A stretch of 34,103 nucleotides of DNA from Candidatus Micrarchaeota archaeon (lineage in GTDB: Archaea; Micrarchaeota; Micrarchaeia; Anstonellales; Bilamarchaeaceae). Made by a program: the position numbers and the translations under genes. A model generated the notes under the pieces. That model saw nothing but the letters and a program-made list of their open reading frames with translations. It had not been told where the DNA came from and searched no databases. The stretch is taken from contig JBFMCO010000005.1 in NCBI GenBank assembly GCA_040754495.1, forward strand, positions 1-34,103, read 5' to 3'. Below are positions 9,267-18,686 of this stretch, in pieces (position 1 is the stretch's first letter; each line of letters starts with the position of its first letter).

Positions 9267-9319
9267 CCTGCCGGGCTCAGGGTCAGCGCACTGATTTATA
9301 TCATGCCACGCAAATATCT

Positions 9320-10585
9320 GTGATGGGCTTGCTGAAGATGGCTGAAGCAGCGCTGCTTATGGCCGGCATGAAAAGGAACCAGTGGCTGAGCCGGGACGAG
9401 CTGGAAGCCATCCAGGGCAGCAGGCTCAGGCGTCTCATAACCCACGCGAGCTCCAGCGTCCCCTATTACAGAGACGCCATCGGCGGGGCTGATGTGCGCT
9501 GCATCGACGACCTGCCGGTCCTGCCGCTCACGGAAAAAAACGCAGTCCGCAACGGCTCCCGCTCTTTCATAAGCAGCCTGGCAGGTGGCAGGCTTTCGAC
9601 TCTCCATACGTCAGGCTCGACGGGCCGCCCCCTGCCCCTCTACTTCGATTCGCGCGACGGCTTCTACGGGGCCGTCCTCAGATACCATGTGATGACCGAG
9701 CTGGGGTTCAAGCCGGGAGACCTGCTTGCCAATATGATGGTCAGCCGGCTGCAGCCATTCGCCCTGCAGAGGTTCATTTACCGGGTTCGCGACCTGAATC
9801 CGTCAGACGCCGACGAGCTGAATCTGGCGCAACTGAGGCGCCTCGCCCCGGACATGCTCCTGACCTACCCGTCCAAAATCGTCCTGCTTGCGAGCCTTAA
9901 CCTTTCCTCGCGGGAGCGGCTGGGAATCAGGACGGTGGTGTCCGCATCGGAGCTTCTCAGCGCGCGGACAAGGGAGCTTGCGCGCTCCTCGTTCGGATGC
10001 GACCTCCGCAACTACTATGGCATGAACGAGTCCTGGGGCGTGGGGTGGGAATGCGAGAAAGGGTCCATGCATATCAACTCCGACTCGGTGATAATGGAAG
10101 TCGTGGATAAGAAGGGCAGGCAGGTCAAAGGAGGCCGCCAGGGCGAACTCGTCCTCACATCCCTCTGGCGCTACTCCATGCCCTTCATCCGCTACCGCAC
10201 CGGGGACATGGGCGCAATCGGCGGCAGCTGCGCCTGCGGCCGCGGGCTCCACGTGCTTAAGGGGCTGGAAGGGAGAAGCGACGATTTCCTGACATTGCCC
10301 AGCGGCAGGCCTTTTGCGGCCATAACCCTTCTCAGCCTGCTCAAGAAAGTCCCGCAGATGCTGCAATACCAGATTGTCCAGGAGAAGGACCACACTATCA
10401 GGCTGCTGGTGGTGCCGGAAGGCGCCTTCACCGCCTCTGATATAAAGGCCATCAAGCGCTCTTTCGAAGAAGCCATACCCGAGCCGGTCCCGATAGAGCT
10501 GGAGATAGTTTCCGAGCTGCCGAGGGAGCGGTCCGGAAAGCTCCGCTGCGTGACATCGAAGCTCAAACCGGTGCTGGGAACATGA
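9320..10585 (+). CDS. PaaK/CapK/F390-synthetase-like adenylating enzyme 2
   Basis: Canonical HTSGSTG, YYGMNE, PFIRYRTGD, CACGR, GRSDD, RSGK. Confidence 0.9.
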   Translation: MMGLLKMAEAALLMAGMKRNQWLSRDELEAIQGSRLRRLITHASSSVPYYRDAIGGADVRCIDDLPVLPLTEKNAVRNGSRSFISSLAGGRLSTLHTSGSTGRPLPLYFDSRDGFYGAVLRYHVMTELGFKPGDLLANMMVSRLQPFALQRFIYRVRDLNPSDADELNLAQLRRLAPDMLLTYPSKIVLLASLNLSSRERLGIRTVVSASELLSARTRELARSSFGCDLRNYYGMNESWGVGWECEKGSMHINSDSVIMEVVDKKGRQVKGGRQGELVLTSLWRYSMPFIRYRTGDMGAIGGSCACGRGLHVLKGLEGRSDDFLTLPSGRPFAAITLLSLLKKVPQMLQYQIVQEKDHTIRLLVVPEGAFTASDIKAIKRSFEEAIPEPVPIELEIVSELPRERSGKLRCVTSKLKPVLGT

Positions 10586-11436
10586 ACGTCGATGCGCGGA
10601 TGCTCCTATCCATGCTGCCGCATCTTGCCTCCATGAAAGCCAGCCAGTGGAAAAGCCCGGAGCGGCTGGAGGAGCTGCAGTCGGAAAGGCTGCGCATACT
10701 AATCCGGCACGCGTCATGCAACGTCCCGTTCTACAGGAAGGCGCTGCGCGGCAAGGCCGTCCGCTCGGCCGAAGACCTGCCTTCTTTGCCTCTGACCGCG
10801 AAGGAGGACGCGAGGGGGACCGATGCTTTCACCAGCCTTGCCCATGCGCCGGCCGGGCTCTCGGAACTCAGGACATCAGGCTCAAGCGGCACCCCCCTCA
10901 TTGTGCGGTACAGCAGTGGGGAACTCGCCTTCAAGCTGGCCCTCCGCTACCACTTTCTCCTCGAGTCGGGGCTGCGCCCGGGCGACATCCAGGCATTCGT
11001 CACATACAGGGAGTACCCATGGACAATGCTCCAGAGGCTGGGCATCTTCAGGTGCCACTGCCTCTCTTTCCTAGACCGGGAAGAGAAAAATCTCGCGGCC
11101 ATGCGGCGTATCGGGGCATCCAGCCTGATATCGTACCCGTCATGCATTATCCCGCTCGCGCATCGCAACCTAGAAGAAGGGGGCAGCCTAAGGCTGAAGA
11201 CCGTCTTCTCCTCTGCCGAGCAGCTCTCGGGGGAGGCGAGGGCCCTCATATCCAGGTCATTTTCCTGCAGCGTCAGGGACAGGTACGGTGCAATCGAGAC
11301 GGGCTCGATAGCCTGGGAGTGCGAGAAAGGCAGCATGCACGTCTATGATTCGGTCATAGCCGAGGTGGTGGATGATGATGGCCGGCCCCTCGCGCCCGGA
11401 AGAGGCGCGCCGGATTCTGGGCGTCTCCCCGCCTAG
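10582..11436 (+). pseudogene. PaaK-like adenylating enzyme 3, C-terminally truncated
   Basis: Has RTSGSSG and RYGAIE but ends about 10 aa after EVVDDDGRPL, lacking RYxxGD, GRxDD and SGK (~130 aa shorter than its paralogues); ATGA overlap with copy 2. Confidence 0.7.
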
Positions 11437-11475
11437 CTGATGCCCCCAGTGCTGAAACCGCGCGTCGGGGAAAAG

Positions 11476-11847
11476 CTATTGCGGCGGCTCCGTTATCTCG
11501 CCTATCTTCGTTGCGTTCACGATGCGGCATTCGTTCGGATGCTCCCATGCCCATACGAACGTGGAGCATTCGTATGACATGACATACCTGCCCGGAGGAT
11601 AGGTCTTGCCTCCTGAGTCGAATGTCTCGCAGTCGCTGTACGGGGTGTCCCTCCAGCATACGAAATCCAGGTTGTAGATGCCCCCCTTCTCCTGATATGA
11701 TATGTAGCCGGTCGTAGTCCCGCTCGCCGGGGCTATGTCGAAGTGCGCAATAAGGTCCACGAACATCATCGCGAACATGCAACCGAAAAAAAGCACGAAC
11801 ATCCCGATGCCGATAAACGGCCCTATCTTATCCATGTCCATCTTCAT
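11476..11847 (-). CDS. Small membrane-anchored hypothetical protein
   Basis: N-terminal hydrophobic helix, then a beta-rich domain with four Cys; start abuts the pelota stop. Confidence 0.75.
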   Translation of the reverse strand: MKMDMDKIGPFIGIGMFVLFFGCMFAMMFVDLIAHFDIAPASGTTTGYISYQEKGGIYNLDFVCWRDTPYSDCETFDSGGKTYPPGRYVMSYECSTFVWAWEHPNECRIVNATKIGEITEPPQ

Positions 11848-11848
11848 C

Positions 11849-12880
11849 CTAATCCCTCAGCCTGAATTTCAGCAGTGCCGCAATCTTCCCGAAGCCCCTG
11901 AGCTTCGCCCCGGCATCGCCTTCCGATGAAAATACCACAATCTCGGCCTTCGCGCCGTCCGCGAGCTCCACGGCCTCTTCGGCGGCCTTGTCGGTCCGCA
12001 GGTACTCGTCAAGGACGAGAAGCCGCTTTATGGCATACGCTTGCGCCGCCTTCCGCACCTCGGCTATGCCGTAGACGGCCCGCCCGGTGTCCTTGTATAT
12101 CTCCACGAGCAGCTCCTCTACCAGCTTCATCTCCTTCTCGAAGCGCTCCTCGCCCATGACCTTCTCTATCGTCCCCTTGTTGAAAAGCTCGTTCACGCCG
12201 CTGCGCTCCGCGTAGCTGACGTTCTCGAATACGATCCGCCTGAGCAGCTCGGGCTTGCGCTTCTCGATGAACTTCTTCAGGTTGTCCTTTGCAAAGCCCG
12301 GCCCGGCCACGATGAACTTCTCGGGGTGCCTCTCGATTTCTGCCATTAGCTTCCCGAAATACTCCTGCCCGCGGCTCTCATAGTCTTCTCCCTTCTTGCT
12401 GCCGCCGCTGCGGAACTCCGCGCCGTACTCCACCCCGAAGGCCCTCAGGATGGCAGTGAGGGCCTGCTCGTCGTCCATGACGATTATCCTCACCCTCGGC
12501 CTCTTGGACTCCTTCACCGCGTCCTCGAGCCTCCTGACCTCGTGATTCTTCCACTGCTTGATGATTTTTATCCTGTCCCCCTGGGAGACGTCGATAGTAT
12601 GGTACTTGCCGAGCTGGACGTACTCCTCAGGCTCGCCCCACACGATCGGCCCTAGCAGCCTGAGCCGGTTGGCGTTCTTCGCGAACTCCACCCGCTCCAC
12701 CTTCACCCGGATGGTGACGGGCTTCTTCTCCTCCCGCGCGCCGACCTTGTAGGTGCGCATGGTGTGGGACTCGACCTCGTCGCCAGGGACTATGACCTTG
12801 TCAAGATGCCAGAGGTCGTCCAGGGTTTCGGCCTCGACTTTCATCTGGCCAATCTTCCGCTCGAAATGGACGATGCGCAT
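11849..12880 (-). CDS. pelA: Pelota/Dom34 ribosome rescue factor
   Basis: ETLDDLWHL...PGD, LGKYHT, AGPGFAK, FGKIAALLKF; 343 aa. Confidence 0.96.
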   Translation of the reverse strand: MRIVHFERKIGQMKVEAETLDDLWHLDKVIVPGDEVESHTMRTYKVGAREEKKPVTIRVKVERVEFAKNANRLRLLGPIVWGEPEEYVQLGKYHTIDVSQGDRIKIIKQWKNHEVRRLEDAVKESKRPRVRIIVMDDEQALTAILRAFGVEYGAEFRSGGSKKGEDYESRGQEYFGKLMAEIERHPEKFIVAGPGFAKDNLKKFIEKRKPELLRRIVFENVSYAERSGVNELFNKGTIEKVMGEERFEKEMKLVEELLVEIYKDTGRAVYGIAEVRKAAQAYAIKRLLVLDEYLRTDKAAEEAVELADGAKAEIVVFSSEGDAGAKLRGFGKIAALLKFRLRD

Positions 12881-12932
12881 AGTGCAAATTTATTTATCCC
12901 AATCTTTAATATCCCTCCATGCCAGTGAAGGT

Positions 12933-13023
12933 CATCCGGCATCCGGCATCCAGCCCCCCGCACCCGGCATCCGGAACCCAGAACCCGGAACCCGCAACCC
13001 AGAACGCCAAACCCGGAACCAAC
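12933..13023 (+). repeat. Imperfect 7-bp tandem repeat, 13 units
   Basis: catccgg catccgg catccag ccccccg cacccgg catccgg aacccag aacccgg aacccgc aacccag aacgcca aacccgg aaccaac, followed directly by ATG 13024. Confidence 0.9.
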
Positions 13024-13596
13024 ATGTGCGAGGGCTGCCCCGGCCACTGCTGCCGCCTTGTAGCCGACCTCACGACTTACGACATCGTGCGCATAGCGGT
13101 CCAGGAAAGCCTCAGGCCGCAGGATTTCGTGGAGTTCGTGCGCGCGAAGGACAACGACGCGTTCGCTTTCAGGAGCAGGGGAGAGCTGGCTAAATTCGTG
13201 CTGAAGCACAAGGGCGGCGGGTGCACGTTCCTGAAAGAGGGCCTGCGCATGAACTGCTCAATCGAGACTTCGAAGCCAGCCGTCTGCCTCGCATATCCCT
13301 TCGGACTGGCCGGGGGCAAGCCCGTGCTCCTCAGGAAGGCGCTCTGCCCGCCTAAGAACCTGGCGATGGCAGACCATGCTAAGATGTCCGAAGCGGTCCT
13401 CTCAGACTGCGACTGGGAGCTCCACACGTATGCCGAAATCGTCGCGGACTGGAACCGCGCATCCGACGGCAACGGGACTCCGGAGCAGTTCCTCGCTTTC
13501 GCGGCCAGGGAGATGGAGCTTGAAAAAACCGCGCCCGGCTCGTTCTACCGGAAGCTCCTGCGCGCAATCCGCTCGCTCAGCCCGGGAAGCCGGTGA
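13024..13596 (+). CDS. YkgJ-like Cys-cluster (Fe-S/Zn) protein
   Basis: MCEGCPGHCC...CTFL...CSI...KPAVCLAYPF pattern; the longer ORF start at 12919 only translates the repeat. Confidence 0.8.
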   Translation: MCEGCPGHCCRLVADLTTYDIVRIAVQESLRPQDFVEFVRAKDNDAFAFRSRGELAKFVLKHKGGGCTFLKEGLRMNCSIETSKPAVCLAYPFGLAGGKPVLLRKALCPPKNLAMADHAKMSEAVLSDCDWELHTYAEIVADWNRASDGNGTPEQFLAFAAREMELEKTAPGSFYRKLLRAIRSLSPGSR

Positions 13597-14140
13597 TGAT
13601 TCCCTCTAAGCTGCCGTTGATGTTGAACCTGTCGGTCAGGATGGTCCCGTTCACGAGCACCTGCGGCACGAGCCTCTTCTCCTTGCTCAGGTTGAAAGTA
13701 TCGGCGAAATCCAGGTACGCCCACGTGCCGTTCTGGGTCGCTATGTCGTACCTCCTGAATTCGACGCCGGGATAAGTGGCCTCGAGCCGGTCTATTTCCG
13801 GCCCTATGGCCTTGCTCGCCACGCAATAAGGCGAATAGAAGTAATGCACCACAAGCTTGCCGTCATCGGTCAGGGGGAACTCGAAATCAGGCACGCCGGG
13901 CAGCTCTGTGTTGGTGTTCATGACGTCGTCCGCTTCCCTGGTGAAGGAGAGGTTCGAGGTGTCCGGGAGGGGGAGTGCCGGCTCTGCCTGCAGCGCCGTC
14001 TCGCTTCCTGCGCCGCTGCCGGATTCCGGCGGGACCGGAGCTTCGTCCGCGGCCTGGGGCTGGCTTTTTTCCGGAACCTGCTGTCCAGCGCACCCGAAAA
14101 GAAGCAGGAGCGCGAGGGAAAGCAGTATGGCTGGTTTCAT
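13577..14140 (-). CDS. Lipoprotein with thioredoxin-like domain (CxxS)
   Basis: Lipobox-type LLLLFGC, Pro-rich linker, YFYSPYCVAS, LVPQVLVNG (cis-Pro loop). Confidence 0.8.
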   Translation of the reverse strand: MKPAILLSLALLLLFGCAGQQVPEKSQPQAADEAPVPPESGSGAGSETALQAEPALPLPDTSNLSFTREADDVMNTNTELPGVPDFEFPLTDDGKLVVHYFYSPYCVASKAIGPEIDRLEATYPGVEFRRYDIATQNGTWAYLDFADTFNLSKEKRLVPQVLVNGTILTDRFNINGSLEGIITGFPG

Positions 14141-14304
14141 ATGCTGGAATCTCCACGCCCAGGTTTTTTATTTTTTGGGTTATGGTTCCGCGGAAACGCG
14201 GTGTGCCTGCGCACATGTATTTAATTCTTTTTGAATGGCCAGCCACAATAAGCACTGAAAAAATTATTAATATCCCCTTCAGGCCAGCCTCCGGCGGGGA
14301 TGTT

Positions 14305-17300
14305 ATGGGCAGGCTTCTCTGCGTTCTGGCGATTTTCGTTCTTGCGTCTTCCTCCTGGGCGTTCATGCGCCCGTGGGAGAACCGCACCTGGGTGGCGGCG
14401 AACCCGCACATATGGAGCTACGGGACGGAGTACTGGTGGGACCTTCCGGCCCTGCATTCTACCATTGGTACCGTGCCGGCTATGCCGGATGCGCAGGTGC
14501 CAGAAGGCGTATCAGGCAACCTTGCTGAGGCTTCCGGTTCGGCTGCCGAAGCCGCCGCGGCCAAAGACCGCTGCGTCATGAACCTCATTGCTTCCCTCGG
14601 CGCGATTCCATGGTCCCCGGGCACCCCCTTCCTGGCGGCCTTCTCGGGAAGCTCTGGTTGCATGGCCTACAAAACGCACTGGAAGGGGGCGGTCTCAGCC
14701 ACTCTTTCGGCGCTCGAGAAAAGCCAGGATAGCGCCGCGCAGTCCGTGGCATCAGCCCGCTCGGCATATGAGGACATGATTTTCATGGGCCTCTGCGACG
14801 GGAATTACACTGGCCCCGGAAGCGAGGACTGCGGGGAACTCTCCGGTGCGTTCAGCGCAATCGATGGCAACATCACCGAGGGAGGATACGGGAAATACGC
14901 GCTGCTCCAGGAATACTCGTTCCGCCTGAAAGCCAGCCTCCGGAATCCCGTCCCAGACCTCTCATTCTCGCAGCCGATGCTGGCAATGGTCTGGGCCGAT
15001 GACGGGGTGGTAGCCATTTTCGGTGGGGCGCGCACCCTCGCCCTGCGCGCCGCGAACTCGTCCGAGTCAGGCTACAGGGAGATTTTCGATAACGCGTCTC
15101 TGAAAAAAAGCGGCACCGAAAAGCTGCTCCAGGCTCTCGCCTCGCAGAAGCTCTACCTTGTTGACGAGGCGCCATCCGGATTCGATGCGCGCGAGGCCGG
15201 CTCGATAGAAGAGAATCTCGCGTCCCTGGGCGAGGAGAAGGCCGGGCTGGACATTGCCCTTGCAGAAGCGAAAAATGAGCACGGAAGGACTGGGAAACGC
15301 GGCTACATGGCCAGGGCTGTCGCGTTGGCGGCTGACGCGGACGACGGCTACCGGAAGCTGGCGGATTCCCTGGAAGAGCTTCGGGAAGACGCTCAAGAGG
15401 CCGCCACGCAGGAGAGGGATGAAGCCGAGAGCGAGCTCGGGAAAGCCGGGCGCGAATTCTCATCCGGGCCTCCGGGCTCGGAAGCAGCGACTTACCTGGA
15501 GCAGGCCAGGCTCATGCTGGAAAAGGGTGATTCAGCAGCCACGATTGGCGAAAGATTTTCGTTCTATTCGAAGGCAGCGGCGCTTGCAAGGGCCGCGGGC
15601 AGCTCCGAAAGCCTCGCCGGAGAGGCGTCCGCAGCCTCATCGCTAGCAAGCCTGGAAGAGCTCGTGCGCGATGCCGGGAAGGACGGCATAAACGTCGCGG
15701 AGCAGAAGGGGGCGCTCAGCCTGATAAAATCCCTGCCACCGGCGCAGGCGGAAGCGGCCGCGCAGGAAGCAATGGATGCCATAATATCCAAGGCGAAGGC
15801 GAAATACGACGACGGCATCCTCTCGGCGCGCTCCAGGATAAATGACAAGCTCGCGCTTGCCGGGCCTGATGCGGCCGACCTGGCGACCGACCTGGAGCGG
15901 CTGGAAGGCGGCCTCATCCTCGACGGCACCGTATCATACCCGGATGCAATCGGCTTTCTGGGCGGGCTCTCCTCAGGCTACTCGGCCTTGGAAGAGACGC
16001 TGGATACGTACATGAGCGAAATAGTCGGGAACGCGATGTCGGCCCAGGCAAAGCCGCTTTTCGGTCCGGTGCGGCTCGACGAGCCTGCCTATATCACGCT
16101 GGACCTGGTGCTGTCTAATCCCAGGCCATATAATGCATCCCATGTCGAAGCATCTGTGGCGCTTGCCTCGGATTTCGGCCTCCTCCATTCAGATATCGTA
16201 TCCGGCAGGGAGGACGTGGAAAGCGTGCGCTGGAAGGACGGGGCGCTCCTGCTTTCGTTCCCCTCCGTAGGTCCCTATGATGTCCGCCGGGTGATATTCG
16301 AGAAAGAGGCCACGTTAGCCACTACGACCAGCAGCACATCCAAGGCAGAGGGCATCGGGGACGGGCGGGCAGTCGTTTCCGAAACTGTCCAATTCGAGCT
16401 GGCGCAGGACATCCCGGCCCTCCATCTTCCTGACGGATATGAGGACGCGGTTATAGACGGTCTCCCGGCTTCACGCCCGCTTGGCGCAGGGCACCACGCC
16501 CTTTCATCGGAGCGCACCGTGGAAGATGCTTACACCGAGACAACCGGCGAGCCGCGGGTGTACCGGCTCGGCACCACAACCTACGTGGAATACGAGATAC
16601 GGCTCATGCCCGCGATGGACCTTGGCAGCGTTTTCATCGCAATCGACAGCCTTAACGATTCCCGCGTCTCTTCGATGGACGTGGTCTCGGCTACCGGCGA
16701 GTTCGTCAAGGACGTCAAAAGGACCTCCGGCACCCAATATTCGGCGAAGGTCGTGGGCCTCAAAAAAGGGAAGGAAACCGTTGTCCGCGTGAGCTACCGC
16801 GTGGATGACACAGAATCGTTCGTGGAAGAACAGCTCTCCTATCTGGCTGGCCAGAACATGAGCGCCGGCGCGAAAGAGTTTCTGGAGCAGGCCAGTTTCC
16901 AGGCGGCATCAGGCAACCACAGCCAGGCCCTCGGCCTGATAGAGCGCGCCCTCTCCAAGTCCAGAGAGGATGAGAAAAGCGCGGCCAGGCTGGAAGAAGA
17001 AGCCGGAGAGCTGGAATCGGAGATAAGGGCTGAGCTAGTCGCTCTGGATTCTGCCCTGTCCTCGCAGCATGCTGATTCGTCATTCATCCAGAAGCTTTCG
17101 TCGAGAAAGTCGGAGCTTGAGAAGCTCCTTGCGGAAAGCAGCTCCGGGAACGCCAGCAGGAAAATCGGGGCGCTGGGCAAAGCCGACATGAAATGGCTTG
17201 AAAAGGAGCTGAATTCATTCAGGAAAGACTCTTACAAACAATACAACGGCCTGCGTGAGAGGCTTTATGCGGCCGGCGAGTCTGGAACCCCCCAGGAATT

Positions 17301-18075
17301 CACTGATTTCGAGGAGGCCCTGAGAAAACTGGAAAGCGGAGGGAGGCTGGAATACGCGGTGGAGGCATCCGACGCCCTCCATCTGGCCGAGGCGGTGGTG
17401 GAGGCGAAGGAGAACGACGGCGAATCAGAGCGGGGCCGCCTCGCAGAGCAGTTCGAAGAAATGGAGGCATCCACGCTCGATACGCTGGAGAGATACTCGC
17501 GGCAGGCTTCGGCGGCCAAGGGCACGGATTACAGCAGCCTTTTCACAGAGAGCGAGAAGAAGGTGGATGCCCTGCTCCAGGATGCGGAAAAATCCCTATC
17601 GGGAGACACCAGCCTCGCCACGCCCAAGCTCGAAGCGCTGAAGCGCAGCCGGGACCGGATGGAGCTGGTCCTCGACACCCTGCGCAACGAGAGCGAGTCC
17701 AAGCTTTCGATGCTCGGCTCGCTGATGGCATCGGCAAAAGTCGACGGCGAGAGGCGCCAGTTCTTATCGGAAAGGCTCGAGTCCATGCGGGGCATGGTGT
17801 CTGCAGGGGATTACGTGAACGCGCTGCGCGCCGGGAGCGCGCTTGGCAAGGAACTGGACGGAGACCCTGCACCAGCCGGCGAAGGGCTGATGGTTCTCGG
17901 CCTCTCGGCACTGGCAATCCTTGCCGCGGCCGGCTTCTACATCTCAAGCCGGAAAAAGAAAGAGCTGCGGAAGCTCACTTCTTGGAGGGACCCGCTTCCG
18001 AAGGCCTCGTCATCACCCTCGGGTCACTCGTCTCGAAGCTCACCTGAGCTCCCCCGGAAGCCGCCTGCACCCTGA
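14305..18075 (+). CDS. Large (~1256 aa) secreted, C-terminally membrane-anchored surface protein
   Basis: Signal peptide MGRLLCVLAIFVLASSSWA at ATG 14305, downstream of a TATA-like ATTATTAATA. Ala/Glu-rich helical segments, a beta-rich middle, and a C-terminal TM followed by RKKK. Confidence 0.85.
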   Translation: MGRLLCVLAIFVLASSSWAFMRPWENRTWVAANPHIWSYGTEYWWDLPALHSTIGTVPAMPDAQVPEGVSGNLAEASGSAAEAAAAKDRCVMNLIASLGAIPWSPGTPFLAAFSGSSGCMAYKTHWKGAVSATLSALEKSQDSAAQSVASARSAYEDMIFMGLCDGNYTGPGSEDCGELSGAFSAIDGNITEGGYGKYALLQEYSFRLKASLRNPVPDLSFSQPMLAMVWADDGVVAIFGGARTLALRAANSSESGYREIFDNASLKKSGTEKLLQALASQKLYLVDEAPSGFDAREAGSIEENLASLGEEKAGLDIALAEAKNEHGRTGKRGYMARAVALAADADDGYRKLADSLEELREDAQEAATQERDEAESELGKAGREFSSGPPGSEAATYLEQARLMLEKGDSAATIGERFSFYSKAAALARAAGSSESLAGEASAASSLASLEELVRDAGKDGINVAEQKGALSLIKSLPPAQAEAAAQEAMDAIISKAKAKYDDGILSARSRINDKLALAGPDAADLATDLERLEGGLILDGTVSYPDAIGFLGGLSSGYSALEETLDTYMSEIVGNAMSAQAKPLFGPVRLDEPAYITLDLVLSNPRPYNASHVEASVALASDFGLLHSDIVSGREDVESVRWKDGALLLSFPSVGPYDVRRVIFEKEATLATTTSSTSKAEGIGDGRAVVSETVQFELAQDIPALHLPDGYEDAVIDGLPASRPLGAGHHALSSERTVEDAYTETTGEPRVYRLGTTTYVEYEIRLMPAMDLGSVFIAIDSLNDSRVSSMDVVSATGEFVKDVKRTSGTQYSAKVVGLKKGKETVVRVSYRVDDTESFVEEQLSYLAGQNMSAGAKEFLEQASFQAASGNHSQALGLIERALSKSREDEKSAARLEEEAGELESEIRAELVALDSALSSQHADSSFIQKLSSRKSELEKLLAESSSGNASRKIGALGKADMKWLEKELNSFRKDSYKQYNGLRERLYAAGESGTPQEFTDFEEALRKLESGGRLEYAVEASDALHLAEAVVEAKENDGESERGRLAEQFEEMEASTLDTLERYSRQASAAKGTDYSSLFTESEKKVDALLQDAEKSLSGDTSLATPKLEALKRSRDRMELVLDTLRNESESKLSMLGSLMASAKVDGERRQFLSERLESMRGMVSAGDYVNALRAGSALGKELDGDPAPAGEGLMVLGLSALAILAAAGFYISSRKKKELRKLTSWRDPLPKASSSPSGHSSRSSPELPRKPPAP

Positions 18076-18631
18076 GGTTCCATATGGGAATGACCCTCAG
18101 CTTGAAGGCGTCGCCGGTGCTCGTGCCGTCGTAATTTAGCGTTATGCTCGACTGGTCCACCTGCGTCCTCTGCTCCGGCTGCGCGGTCGCGAGCCTCTCT
18201 ATCCTGAATGTGAGCTGGATGCCTGTCTGGAAGATGCTGGCAGCCTCGAGTGCCACGACATCCATCACGACCGGCCCGCCGGACCTCATGGAGAGCACTT
18301 CATCGCCCTGCGATACGGTGACGCTGACCTGCCTCGCCGGGCCGCTCACGGCCAGGGGAAGACCCTCGGAAATGCACGAATAGAATCCCTCCTCGTTGCC
18401 CTGGTTGCGCTCCCTGCACGATGTGGCTATGCTCTCGATGATGCACTCCTGCACCCTGCTGCGTCGCTCCCTCTGGCACCTCTGCTGGGGCGTTTCGTCG
18501 CGCCTCTGTGCCTCCCGCGCCTGCGGTGCCGGGACGGCAGGCTGCACATTCGCCTGGGCGCCTGCGCAGCCGCCTGTGAATCCTGCCGCGACAATCCCTG
18601 CATAAGCAAGAATCCTGAGCCTGGAAGTCAT
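17975..18631 (-). CDS. Hypothetical lipoprotein-like secreted protein
   Basis: Signal/lipobox-like GIVAAGFTGGC, a four-Cys helical segment and a beta-rich C-domain; overlaps the convergent gene by 101 bp. Confidence 0.7.
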   Translation of the reverse strand: MTSRLRILAYAGIVAAGFTGGCAGAQANVQPAVPAPQAREAQRRDETPQQRCQRERRSRVQECIIESIATSCRERNQGNEEGFYSCISEGLPLAVSGPARQVSVTVSQGDEVLSMRSGGPVVMDVVALEAASIFQTGIQLTFRIERLATAQPEQRTQVDQSSITLNYDGTSTGDAFKLRVIPIWNLRVQAASGGAQVSFETSDPRVMTRPSEAGPSKK

Positions 18632-18686
18632 GATGAATTATGTAGCTGATAGGATTTAAAACACTTTCCCCCACCATATATAACCT

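Noticed and set aside
9803-10717. Long antisense or alternate-frame ORFs (also 1989-2765, 19640-20587, 24048-24929, 32667-33518)
   Set aside because: Shadow ORFs of GC-rich genes with clear family motifs on the other strand; no recognisable motifs of their own.
13975-14304. Upstream extension of the 1366-aa ORF
   Set aside because: Overlaps the opposite-strand lipoprotein gene and promoter DNA; the signal peptide starts at 14305.
18630-18649. ATGATGA-N9-CTGA, a possible second C/D sRNA
   Set aside because: Only one C/D pair, no second guide unit or terminal stem, and it overlaps a start codon and promoter.
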